A stretch of 43,981 nucleotides of DNA from an uncultured Gammaproteobacteria bacterium (GTDB lineage: Bacteria > Patescibacteriota > Patescibacteriia > Patescibacteriales > UBA12465), in NCBI GenBank assembly GCA_964350915.1, contig CAYGLM010000002.1, positions 15,728 to 59,708 of the forward strand, read 5' to 3'. A model generated the notes under the pieces. It saw only the letters and a list, made by a program, of their open reading frames with translations, had not been told where the DNA came from and ran no database searches. Position numbers and translations under genes: made by a program. Positions within the stretch are counted from its first letter, which is position 1, and every line of letters begins with the position of its first letter. This document shows positions 7,273-16,725 of the stretch, piece after piece.

Positions 7273-9930
7273 ATGTTGAAAAGATACCCAATATTTTTCG
7301 GCTTTTTATTAGCTATCGCCTCTCTATTGTCGGCTAGTTTTGCTATGGCGCAAGACTTTGGGTTGGAGCCGGTAGATAGCACTATAATGCTAGCTTCAGG
7401 CGACCCTAGAGTAATCATCGGTCGCATCATTCAAATCGCCTTAACTTTTCTCGGCGTTATTTTGCTTGGCCTGATAATTTATGCTGGGTTTTTATGGATG
7501 ACTTCCGGAGGCGAAGAAGAAAAGATTAGGCGCGCTAAAGGTATCTTGCAAAGCGCGATCATTGGGCTAGCGATCACTTTGGCTGCTTGGGCTATTACCA
7601 CTTTTATTATAACTCGCTTATTTGCTGCAATTTCCGGAGGCGGTAGCAATACTCCTTCTGGAACACCGACTAATTTTTCTGGATATGGTTTAGGTGCTAT
7701 CGGCGCCTGCTCAGTTGAATCGGTTTATCCAGAAAATGGCCAGAAAGATGTCCCGAGAAATTCTTCGATTATTATTACTTTTAAAGAAACCATCAGCTTA
7801 GCTTCGGTTTGTGTTAATGCTAGCGGCGCTTCCTGCGCTTGTGATAATGCTGCTTGTTCCAAACTCAATCCTATGGTTATTAGGATTTTTAATACTGAAC
7901 TTGGTGATGCCTGCAGCTCATCTTGTCCTAGTCCTAATTCAAATGTTGCCGACGTTGTTGTTTCAGTTTCTTCAGATAGCCAAACTCTAGTGCTGACTCC
8001 GGCCGGATATCTGGGTTCTCAAGAAAGAAATACGCGCTATGAAGTACGAGTGACAACTGATTTGAAAAAATCGGATGGCTCCTCAATGCTGGCTAGTTGT
8101 AGCGGTGGTGATTTACGCTGGGGATTTGAAGTTAACACTTCGCTCGACCTTACTCCTCCCCAAGTTGTGGCCGGATCATTATTCCCTCAACCCGATAATG
8201 AAAAAGACATTACCGGCGTTAGCGTTCCGGCTGTTGCCGCTACTGGAGAAATTAGAGCCAACAGTTGTCCTAAAAAATATCAGGCAGCTAACATAGTTAG
8301 TGTTACTCCGACCACAGAAGTTTCTCTTGATTATCATGGCACGATTAACAAATTTAAAGTTGTTATTCCAGCTGATACTACTGATCGCGCTCAGCTTTTT
8401 AATGGCAACACTAATGCGCTTTTAGGAATAGCTGATTTTAATGCCCAAAACATCGCTACCTTTCCAAGTTATTTAAGTATTAAGGCGGAAGCGCGAGCAT
8501 CCGGGCAGATGTGGGAGATAAATATTAACCCGGAACAACTTGCCGACACTTTGCGAGTTGGAAATATTGTTTACATTTTTTCTGATAGTAGCGCCAATAA
8601 TAATATTCAAGTTCCTGAAGGAGCTTGCAACACTGATCAGCAGGCGGCTAATATTGCCGCTAAGCTCAGCGGGCACTCGGATGTAAATGTTAATCTTTCT
8701 GGTAGTCGAGTTTTACTAACAGCGAAAATCGCTGGCAGTGCCGGCAATAGCTTGTCTTTAAATACTAGCAATCAAACAGCTTTACTTCTGACTCAATTTT
8801 CTGGAGGTTCAGATTTGGCAACCAGCTATACTATCAATGGTCGCAAGGATGCAGCCATGAACACGATTATTAAAATTGGTTTTAATGAAGCCATTAATCC
8901 GGTTACTTTATCAGGAACAGCTTCTGAGGTGGCTAATTATATTAAAGTAGTTAATGCTGCTGGCGGCGGATTAAATGGTTCTTCTTGCTCTTCAGCAGCT
9001 AATTGCCGGTCTTATAAATGTGATAACTCAACCTGTGTCGGTGATTACCTTAACGGACGCTTTATGGTTAGCAGTGGTTATAGGACAGTAGAATTTATTT
9101 CCGATAATGAATGTGGTATTAATGGTTGCGGTGAAAAAGTATATTGCTTACCACCAAATAGTAATTTAGCAGTAGAAATTAGAGCGGCAAATCTAAGACA
9201 ATGTAATGCTGACTCAGAATGTGCCGCTTTCAGTCCTTTTCGCATCTGTGCTGCTAGTCAGGCCGGAGGCAGGACTTGTCAAGATGCTAATGGGCGCAGT
9301 TATCCTATGGCCAATATCCTTAATTTGGGAGGCGTTACCGACATGGCCTTCAATTCTTTAGATGGCAACCGCGATCGTTTAGCTGATGGCCCGATTACAT
9401 TTTTTAATGAAAATAATGGCAATATTGATAATAGAGATAGTTATCGATTTTCTTTCTTCGTCAATGATCAGAAAGAATTGTCTTCACCTCAAGTTACTTC
9501 CATTCGTCCAGCTAGCGGTGCTGCGGACGTGATCGACTTAGCCTCTCCTGTTGAAATAGCTTTTAATACTTTAATGATGTCTAGCACTCTGCGTTCTGGC
9601 ACAATGGTATCTAGCCCCTCATCTCCAGCTCATAAATTCATCAACCTCAGGAGTGAGGCACCTTCACCCATTGGTTATTGGGTGGAAGGTCAGGATAGAG
9701 ATAATATTCCTCTTGATGGTGTGGTTGATATGACCCTTGCTCTAGTTAAGCACTCTCCTTTTTTAGAATCGTTTACTTACAGTACCCAAATAGGTTCCGG
9801 CGTTAAAGATATTTATCAGAATTGTTTTAAGCCTAGTTCTGGTCCAGGCTGCGAAGCGACCTGGGAAAATCCTTCATGTTGTTTTGGCTCAGCCACTGAT
9901 ACTCTTGATGCGAGCGGAAATTGCCAGTAA
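7273..9930 (+). CDS. 885-aa cysteine-rich surface protein: signal peptide, TrbC/VirB2-like (T4SS-pilin-like) two-helix hairpin, then Ig-like (SbsA/Big_5-type) ectodomains
   Basis: The N-terminus is MLKRYPIFFGFLLAIASLLSASFAMA|QDFGL, followed by DPRVIIGRIIQIALTFLGVILLGLIIYAGFLWMTSGGEEEKIRRAKGILQSAIIGLAITLAAWAITTFI and a Gly/Ser linker. Three segments follow the Big_5 pattern (CSVESVYPENGQKDVPRNSSIIITF; PPQVVAGSLFPQPDN; SPQVTSIRPASGAADVIDLASPVEIAF). There are many Cys clusters. Confidence 0.75.
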   Translation: MLKRYPIFFGFLLAIASLLSASFAMAQDFGLEPVDSTIMLASGDPRVIIGRIIQIALTFLGVILLGLIIYAGFLWMTSGGEEEKIRRAKGILQSAIIGLAITLAAWAITTFIITRLFAAISGGGSNTPSGTPTNFSGYGLGAIGACSVESVYPENGQKDVPRNSSIIITFKETISLASVCVNASGASCACDNAACSKLNPMVIRIFNTELGDACSSSCPSPNSNVADVVVSVSSDSQTLVLTPAGYLGSQERNTRYEVRVTTDLKKSDGSSMLASCSGGDLRWGFEVNTSLDLTPPQVVAGSLFPQPDNEKDITGVSVPAVAATGEIRANSCPKKYQAANIVSVTPTTEVSLDYHGTINKFKVVIPADTTDRAQLFNGNTNALLGIADFNAQNIATFPSYLSIKAEARASGQMWEININPEQLADTLRVGNIVYIFSDSSANNNIQVPEGACNTDQQAANIAAKLSGHSDVNVNLSGSRVLLTAKIAGSAGNSLSLNTSNQTALLLTQFSGGSDLATSYTINGRKDAAMNTIIKIGFNEAINPVTLSGTASEVANYIKVVNAAGGGLNGSSCSSAANCRSYKCDNSTCVGDYLNGRFMVSSGYRTVEFISDNECGINGCGEKVYCLPPNSNLAVEIRAANLRQCNADSECAAFSPFRICAASQAGGRTCQDANGRSYPMANILNLGGVTDMAFNSLDGNRDRLADGPITFFNENNGNIDNRDSYRFSFFVNDQKELSSPQVTSIRPASGAADVIDLASPVEIAFNTLMMSSTLRSGTMVSSPSSPAHKFINLRSEAPSPIGYWVEGQDRDNIPLDGVVDMTLALVKHSPFLESFTYSTQIGSGVKDIYQNCFKPSSGPGCEATWENPSCCFGSATDTLDASGNCQ

Positions 9931-10028
9931 ACAGTAATTAGTAGTTTCTGTAAGTACCGAAGATAGAATTTTAATTAATAGGAGAGTTAAAGGATTGGAC
10001 ATTTTAAAAAACATTTTATTTTTTTCTT

Positions 10029-13000
10029 GTGAAGAATAAATTTTTCAAACATCTTTTATCATTTTTACTTATAGCTTCCGGCTTGTTGTTTTTTCGCCTG
10101 GCTCTAGCGCAGGATTTTGGTCTAGCGGAGGTGGAAAGTGGATTAGGGGGTTCCTTATCGTCTGATGATCCACGTACAATCGCCGGCAGAATAATTAATG
10201 TTTTACTTGGCTTTTTAGGGGTTATCGCTTTAGGACTGATAATCTATGCTGGATTTTTATGGATGACCTCTGGTGGCGAAGAAGATAAAATTTCTAAAGC
10301 TAAAAAATTACTAGTCAGTGCTGTTATCGGTTTAGCTATTATTTTAGCCTCTTGGGCAATTGCCACTTTTGTTATTAATCGTTTAAGCGATGCTACTCAA
10401 GGTGGTGGCGGTGGCGGCTGCGTTTCTGGGGAGACCATGTCTTGCGGCTGCGATGGTATCAAGGTTTGTTTAAATGGTACCTGGCAACCTTGTGTTGGCT
10501 CAGATTGTAGTGGCGGCGGGTTTGGTCCTACTATGTGCGACAGTAGTCCACTGCCAGGCTGCCAAGCTGATAGCGACATCTGTGCCCCGCAAAATTATTG
10601 TGATGATAATTGTTATTGTCGTCCGCGTGGTGAAGTGGGAGATTCTTGTGATGGCGATAAAACAACACCAACCTGCGATGCTAATAACGATTTATGTGGA
10701 GAATTTTTATCTTGCGACTCAGATACTTGCACCTGTTACGGGCCGCCAGTTATTACCAGTATTAGTCCAGCTGGAGGCTTTTGTCAGGAAGATAAGAATA
10801 AGTCATGTCGCCTAGATTCTGACTGCGCAACCACATGCGACAAGATAACTCCTAACGGTGCGCCGGAAAACTTCTTAACCATTTCCGGCAAAGGCTTTGG
10901 TGTTTATGAAGAAGGGATTAGTCGGGTAATATTTATTGCTGGTAACCGCACTGGTCTTAGGCCCGCTACTGTTAATCCAATGTGTGTTAACACCTGGAGT
11001 GATAGTCAAATCATTATCGCCATTCCTAGCGGCGCTGGTGATGGCCCGATTAAAGTTATTAGAAACGATAACATGGAAGATTCTTCGGATAATGATTATG
11101 GTCCCAAGCTACCTAATTTTATTGCAAATAATATAGTGCGCCCCGGTCTTTGTTTCTTGAGTCCGGCAGAAGGTGAGTTGAGTGAAGCGGTTACTTATCA
11201 GGGTATCAATCTTAATAACGGCACTGCATATTTTGGCAGCTATCAGTCTAATGTTCGAGCACTAAATTCTAACTTTAGTTTTCCGGCTGGTACTTCTGGT
11301 ACCGCCCAGGTCCCTAATATCAGATCCGGGGCCACCACCAGTTTCGTAACTAGCACGTTTGGAGGTAATCAGGAAAATAGCAATTACTTACGTTTTACCA
11401 AGAAAGCAGACCCAAGAGAGGGAGCTTATATCGTATCTTTTTCGCCAACCCAAGGTCGCTCGGGGCAATACGTGACAATAAATGGTAGTGGTTTTGGCGG
11501 AATTAAGGGGGATTCAAGAGTTTATTTTGGGGACCAGGAAGCCAATTATACTTTTCCGCCGGTATGCGCAAGTTCTGTCTGGGGAGATAATCAAGTAATT
11601 GTTAAGGTGCCAGAAGGAATAAATAATGGTAATTATTTAATCCGCATGACCATTGGTGGTCAAAACATAGATACGGCTCAGTTAAATCCTAATATTTTTC
11701 AAGCTGACGATTCTTTATCATTAAAGACTAGTATTTGTAAGTTAGAGCCTAGACAGGGAGCAGTTTCTACGCCAGTGAAAATTTACGGAGAATATTTTGG
11801 TGCGGAAAATTCTAGCGGCGTCGCTCAGTTTAATGTACAAAAAAATATTTCTGGCACTATTAAGAAAGAAAGTGCCGCTGATGTATTGGCGGTCTCTGTG
11901 CCGGCCGATGCCATTACTGGCCCGGTCAGAGTGGTGAAAAATGGAGAGTGGGGCAATGAGGCTAATTTCGAAGTTGGTAGTTGTACTTCTAATGACAATT
12001 GCCCCGGTCAAGTATGTTGTCCAGCTAATACTTACAAGAAGGGGCGATGTGTTAATGTTCTTTTGGATTGTTTAATAGATATTCCGACTTCAGTTTTTGA
12101 GTGGAAGTTTAGCACTGGCTATGTTAATCCAAGCCAGATAGATCCGACGGAAAGTTGCGCTACTATTGCTAATCGTTTTGGTAGCTGTCAGGTTGGCTCT
12201 TTCTGTCCGAATGCGCCGGGAGTTTGCTCGCCTTATGCTGGTGGCAGCGAAAAAACAGTTGGTAATTGCGATTATTCTTGTATTTCGATTGCGGGTTGCG
12301 GTGGTGGTATCGGCACAAGCATTTGCAGTTATGATCCAACAATAAATAAATGTGTTAAGAGTGGTTCGGACGGTACTTGTAGCTTGTCAAAGAAACAAAC
12401 CTTTATTATTCAAGAGCAATCATACGAATTCAATCTTACTTGTAGTACTGGTGGCCAGTGGCAATTTACGACTCCGATGTCTTGTCCAGATGGTTGGGAA
12501 AGAAGTGTTAATAATACTTGCATAGATAGATCTTCTAGTTGTGATGTTTGTATTTCTGGATTAAATTGCGAACGAGTCGGATCTGAGGGTCGCTGCGTAT
12601 CGAACAGTATTTGTCCGGCCGGTTCTTTATGTAAGGATGAACCAGATGACACACTTGATCGTTGTGTTGTTAACGATAGTCCAAGTTGTGATTGTTGTTG
12701 CCGTATTGGTAATAGTGCTCAAGATTGTTGTGCCCCTTTACAGTGCACGGGAACTTGCGGTCAGGATACAACAGATGATGGCGCTGGTTACGGGCTATGC
12801 TCGGGATGCGCTAACGCCGGATCAACAACCGCCTCTAGAGACGCTGCTTGTAACTGTACCGGACGTAGTGGTCAATTTTGTAGCGTGACAACAGAAAGAC
12901 AGGACGGAGTTTGTACTGACTGTAGCGGTTTAAAAACTCAAGAAGCCTGTGCTGAACACGCTGGCTCATGTTGTTTTGATGCGAAAAATAATATTTGCCG

Positions 13001-16000
13001 CGGCGGCTCAGGCACAGCTCTTACTGATAACCCCAGCGATTCAGATTACGGCTACTGCGCTTATTATAATTGTTCGGCCAGCGATTCTACTACTTGTGCT
13101 TCTTCTGCTCCGGTAAAAGATGGTTTTTATAAAGATATTGCCGCTTGTGAAAGTGGTTGTGCCTCTGGAATCGATCCTTGCAATCAGTTTAATGGAAGCA
13201 AAGATTCCTGCGTAGCGATGGGTAGTTGTTGCTATGATTTAGCCAGTTCTATTTGTCGCCAGGGAGGGCAGATTACCAGTGGCCCTGATATTGGTTATTG
13301 CGCTTATTATAATTGCGGCGATCCAAATGCGACTCCTCCGGGTAATCCGGAAACTTGTGATAATAATCCGAAAACAACAGGTGCTTATAATAATTTAAAT
13401 ACCTGTAGCTTGATTTGTAGCGGCGGCTTTTCTGGCGCCGGACAAGACTGTGTTTCATCATCTAATGTTTTAGCTTGTAGCTTTTCCGCCTGCAATTATC
13501 CGAGCATGTCCTGTCTCACCGACAGCGGTGCTTCGGCTGGGGATATTTCCGATTGTGGCACTTGCTGCTGTAGTCCATCTGACCCCAATGCTTGCAATGT
13601 TGGCGGTCCAGCTGGAGTATTATATTGCCAACCTAATCAAGGAAAATGTAGTGGTAATAATCGTGGACTATGCTGTGGCTGCAGTCAAGACGTTGATTGT
13701 GTCGGTGGCGTTGGCTCGGCAGAAAATGTTGGTTGTGGTTTAGATACTTGTTGCCAAGCTAGACCTCGAGTCATAGAGTCAATGCCACTAAATAATGCCT
13801 CCAATGTTTGCCGTAATGCTTCAATTGAAGTAACCTTCGATCAGATTATGGATAGTGCTACATTTAACGCTAACATTTTGTTAATTCAGGAGATGAATTA
13901 CGGATCTGGTATTTGTCCGAGCGGCGCCTTTGTTTATGATAATTTTAAAAGTAATAAAGGTGGAATTCTAGATAAGCTAGCAAGATTTTTTCAGCGCGTT
14001 AAGACGTCTTCTGAAAAAATGATTGCTAGAATTTTCCGTGGTGAATCAAGTGCTTTAGCGAACCTGCCTGACCCAAATAAGCTTTATTGCGCGACTCCTG
14101 TCATGGTTTCAGCCTATCACAACGACGAGCAGACGGTGGCAATAATTCGTCCGCGTAACTTGTTAGCACCAGGAGCCAGATATTATTTAGTAGTTAAGGG
14201 CGATGAACAGCTCAATAGTCAATTAGGTGTGACGAGCATGAAGGGAATTGGTATGAACGGCGAGGGATTATTATTATCTGGCGGCGCAGTTGAGGGAGTT
14301 GATATTCAATTTAATAAAACTTCTTATATTAATTCTCATATTTTCCAGTTCACTACTCTGTCCGACAGAGATACTAATGCTGGTGTCTGTGCGATTTCAA
14401 CAGTAAAAATTAGACCATCCTCTTATCTGTTTAAGACGACGAACAATAGTTTAGATGAAAATGATAATAATCCTAGTCACAATACCTTTGATACGGTTTA
14501 TGACCGAGATAAAGTTTTTGCTGCCTGGGCTTATAGTGCAGACGGACAGGCAATTCAACCGGTTACTGGTTATTTTTGGAATTGGGATTTCAGTTTGACT
14601 AATTCCACCATCGTTTCCATGAGAACGCGGGCAGATTTTGCCGGACTAGCTTCGAATCGGGCTTTTATTTCTGCTCGAGAAACTGCTACTGATGGCGAAA
14701 GCAAGCTTATCGCCGCTGTAAATATGACACCATTTTTAAGTGGTGATTCTAATGAAGACCCAGCTTGTGTCTGTGCCGATGATATTTGTTCAAATCGATG
14801 TCTTAATGCTTTTTCTTTCGGCGATAGCATGGCCGCTACGAGTGATATCTACGTATTTATTTGTGAAAACCCTTGGCCACCAGTGAGTGGGGGCGAGTGG
14901 TACCCGTGGCGGGATAATTGCGAAGGAGCTATAGGCGGTTGTGCGGATTTTAATTATAAATTCTATTATTGCCGCGATGCCGGACAGCCAGGAACACACG
15001 ACGATTTACCGGCCATTATTGATAAAGCGGTTATTAGAGGTCAGAGCGCCACCTTAACTTGTAGTTCGGATAGTTCGACTTGCTCCGCAGTTAACACTCC
15101 TTGCGGCGCTGATCTTAATGGCGACGGCACGGCGGATGGAATTTGTATTTGGAATATTTTGAAAGAATCATATTTTTTCCGAGAAGCTGTTTCGTCAGCT
15201 GGAACATTGACGGCAGTGACTGATAAAAAAACAAATGGAGAGGTTTTACTGACCTGGACTTCGAGCAGTGCTCAAGCCGCGTCTTATAAAATATATTATG
15301 GTGAACTCGGTAAAGCCATGACCGGGTCTCAGGAATTTAATGCTAGTGAAGTCTGTAATTTAGTTGGTGCATTTTATAATTGTTCCGCTACAGTTTCTAA
15401 TTTAAAAAATAATCAGGCTTACAATTTTCGACTATCTGTTTTGACTGCTAATAAAGCAGAAAGTGTTTTGAGTAATGAAATGAGGGCAACTCCAACTGAC
15501 CAAACGCCGTACGGCGCTCCTAGTAGATTAAATGTTGAAATTAAAGATAATAAATTTATTTTTTCCTGGGACGACTACGATACGGGCAGCAACAAAATCT
15601 ATCGTCTTTATCACGGAGTTTTTCCCTCAAGGTACGGGGAAAGTTTTGATTCAATCTCACAAGCAAAAAAATTAGAATTTAGCCTTGATAGATTTAATTT
15701 AGGAGATCATTATTTTGCAGTATCTTCTATTGATGCAAGTGGTAATGAAAGCGCTAAATCATTGGAAATAAGCTTTGTTAAAAGCAGTTGTGATAGTGAC
15801 GCGCCAAATTGTTTTAAATTTGTAACCTTTGAGGGCATTCTTACTAATGTTGATTTTGAGCAAACAACCTCTACTGGCCTGCCTCAAGATTGGTCTATTT
15901 CTCAACAAAAATATTCCTCAGTTCGCATTAGTACGGCTGAACAATTTTCTGGCAGACAAAGTGTTTTATTGCATCAAGATCAGGGCCATCCGTATCCTGG

Positions 16001-16706
16001 GCAATGTAATGCTCAAGTATGCACCTCACATCCATCATGCACCTGGAATACTACTTCTAAAACTTGTTCTTTTACTGCTAAGGATGATTGTCATCCCAAT
16101 GAAGCTGCTGTTTATCAAGAAGGAGAAACGCTGTGCTGGGGAAATAGTAATCGGGTCATGTGGTTAAGGCTAGCTTATAATTTAGCAAAACTTGATCTCA
16201 AGCAGGGCGATAAATATTCAATCAGCTTTTACTATAAAGGGAAAACTGCTGGCAATGTTGCCGTTTCTATGTCGCCAAGCTTAGGTTGGAGCACTCAGTG
16301 TATCCACTATTCATCCATTAATGCTTTAAGACCTGGATACACCTGGACTGGCGGAGCAATAACGCCCACACCACCAGCAGGAGCAAATCCGTGCAACGTT
16401 AGTTATGGAGCGCCATGTTCGGAGCAAGCTAATTATTGTTGTGTTCAGTCACCTTATCAAACTGCTTGCTACTCAGCGATTAATATGCCAACAATTAGAA
16501 TTAATACTTATGATGATTGGACTTGGTACTATTATCAGTTTGAATACAGAGATCAAATGGCATCCTGGCTTGATCGTAATGGAAATAAATTAATAGAGAT
16601 GGGAATGGCTATAGGATATAATTCTACAGTTAGTGGTGGCACTGATTTTTATGTTGATGATTTTGTAGTGAGAAAAATTACTTCCGGAGTAGAAATAAAT
16701 TATTAA
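10029..16706 (+). CDS. 2225-aa giant cysteine-rich surface protein: signal peptide, TrbC/VirB2-like hairpin, Cys-knot-like region, about 4 IPT/TIG-like domains, a long Cys-rich core, a Big_5-like domain, 2 FN3-like domains and a CBM_4_9-like C-terminus
   Basis: The N-terminus is paralogous to that of the 7273 protein (ALAQDFGL ... DPRTIAGRIINVLLGFLGVIALGLIIYAGFLWMTSGGEEDKISKAKKLLVSAVIGLAIILASWAIATFV, then GGGGGG). IPT-like segments include IVSFSPTQGRSGQYVTINGSGFGG. FN3-like segments are GEVLLTWTSSSAQAASYKIYYG and FIFSWDDYDTGSNKIYRLYHG. The C-terminus reads NVDFEQT...W...FYVDDFVV. My hand count is about 136 Cys. The start is a GTG with no obvious RBS, so the start is uncertain. Confidence 0.75.
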   Translation: MKNKFFKHLLSFLLIASGLLFFRLALAQDFGLAEVESGLGGSLSSDDPRTIAGRIINVLLGFLGVIALGLIIYAGFLWMTSGGEEDKISKAKKLLVSAVIGLAIILASWAIATFVINRLSDATQGGGGGGCVSGETMSCGCDGIKVCLNGTWQPCVGSDCSGGGFGPTMCDSSPLPGCQADSDICAPQNYCDDNCYCRPRGEVGDSCDGDKTTPTCDANNDLCGEFLSCDSDTCTCYGPPVITSISPAGGFCQEDKNKSCRLDSDCATTCDKITPNGAPENFLTISGKGFGVYEEGISRVIFIAGNRTGLRPATVNPMCVNTWSDSQIIIAIPSGAGDGPIKVIRNDNMEDSSDNDYGPKLPNFIANNIVRPGLCFLSPAEGELSEAVTYQGINLNNGTAYFGSYQSNVRALNSNFSFPAGTSGTAQVPNIRSGATTSFVTSTFGGNQENSNYLRFTKKADPREGAYIVSFSPTQGRSGQYVTINGSGFGGIKGDSRVYFGDQEANYTFPPVCASSVWGDNQVIVKVPEGINNGNYLIRMTIGGQNIDTAQLNPNIFQADDSLSLKTSICKLEPRQGAVSTPVKIYGEYFGAENSSGVAQFNVQKNISGTIKKESAADVLAVSVPADAITGPVRVVKNGEWGNEANFEVGSCTSNDNCPGQVCCPANTYKKGRCVNVLLDCLIDIPTSVFEWKFSTGYVNPSQIDPTESCATIANRFGSCQVGSFCPNAPGVCSPYAGGSEKTVGNCDYSCISIAGCGGGIGTSICSYDPTINKCVKSGSDGTCSLSKKQTFIIQEQSYEFNLTCSTGGQWQFTTPMSCPDGWERSVNNTCIDRSSSCDVCISGLNCERVGSEGRCVSNSICPAGSLCKDEPDDTLDRCVVNDSPSCDCCCRIGNSAQDCCAPLQCTGTCGQDTTDDGAGYGLCSGCANAGSTTASRDAACNCTGRSGQFCSVTTERQDGVCTDCSGLKTQEACAEHAGSCCFDAKNNICRGGSGTALTDNPSDSDYGYCAYYNCSASDSTTCASSAPVKDGFYKDIAACESGCASGIDPCNQFNGSKDSCVAMGSCCYDLASSICRQGGQITSGPDIGYCAYYNCGDPNATPPGNPETCDNNPKTTGAYNNLNTCSLICSGGFSGAGQDCVSSSNVLACSFSACNYPSMSCLTDSGASAGDISDCGTCCCSPSDPNACNVGGPAGVLYCQPNQGKCSGNNRGLCCGCSQDVDCVGGVGSAENVGCGLDTCCQARPRVIESMPLNNASNVCRNASIEVTFDQIMDSATFNANILLIQEMNYGSGICPSGAFVYDNFKSNKGGILDKLARFFQRVKTSSEKMIARIFRGESSALANLPDPNKLYCATPVMVSAYHNDEQTVAIIRPRNLLAPGARYYLVVKGDEQLNSQLGVTSMKGIGMNGEGLLLSGGAVEGVDIQFNKTSYINSHIFQFTTLSDRDTNAGVCAISTVKIRPSSYLFKTTNNSLDENDNNPSHNTFDTVYDRDKVFAAWAYSADGQAIQPVTGYFWNWDFSLTNSTIVSMRTRADFAGLASNRAFISARETATDGESKLIAAVNMTPFLSGDSNEDPACVCADDICSNRCLNAFSFGDSMAATSDIYVFICENPWPPVSGGEWYPWRDNCEGAIGGCADFNYKFYYCRDAGQPGTHDDLPAIIDKAVIRGQSATLTCSSDSSTCSAVNTPCGADLNGDGTADGICIWNILKESYFFREAVSSAGTLTAVTDKKTNGEVLLTWTSSSAQAASYKIYYGELGKAMTGSQEFNASEVCNLVGAFYNCSATVSNLKNNQAYNFRLSVLTANKAESVLSNEMRATPTDQTPYGAPSRLNVEIKDNKFIFSWDDYDTGSNKIYRLYHGVFPSRYGESFDSISQAKKLEFSLDRFNLGDHYFAVSSIDASGNESAKSLEISFVKSSCDSDAPNCFKFVTFEGILTNVDFEQTTSTGLPQDWSISQQKYSSVRISTAEQFSGRQSVLLHQDQGHPYPGQCNAQVCTSHPSCTWNTTSKTCSFTAKDDCHPNEAAVYQEGETLCWGNSNRVMWLRLAYNLAKLDLKQGDKYSISFYYKGKTAGNVAVSMSPSLGWSTQCIHYSSINALRPGYTWTGGAITPTPPAGANPCNVSYGAPCSEQANYCCVQSPYQTACYSAINMPTIRINTYDDWTWYYYQFEYRDQMASWLDRNGNKLIEMGMAIGYNSTVSGGTDFYVDDFVVRKITSGVEINY
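12921..13427 (+). repeat. Tandem duplication of an approximately 85-aa cysteine-rich module within the 2225-aa protein
   Basis: Copy A is CSGLKTQEACAEHAGSCCFDAKNNICRGG...DYGYCAYYNCSASDSTTC...CESGCASG. Copy B is CNQFNGSKDSCVAMGSCCYDLASSICRQG...DIGYCAYYNCGDPNATPPGNPETC...CSLICSGG. The Cys spacing and the GYCAYYNC core are conserved. Confidence 0.8.
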
Positions 16707-16725
16707 TTTGGTAGTTTTATTTTAT

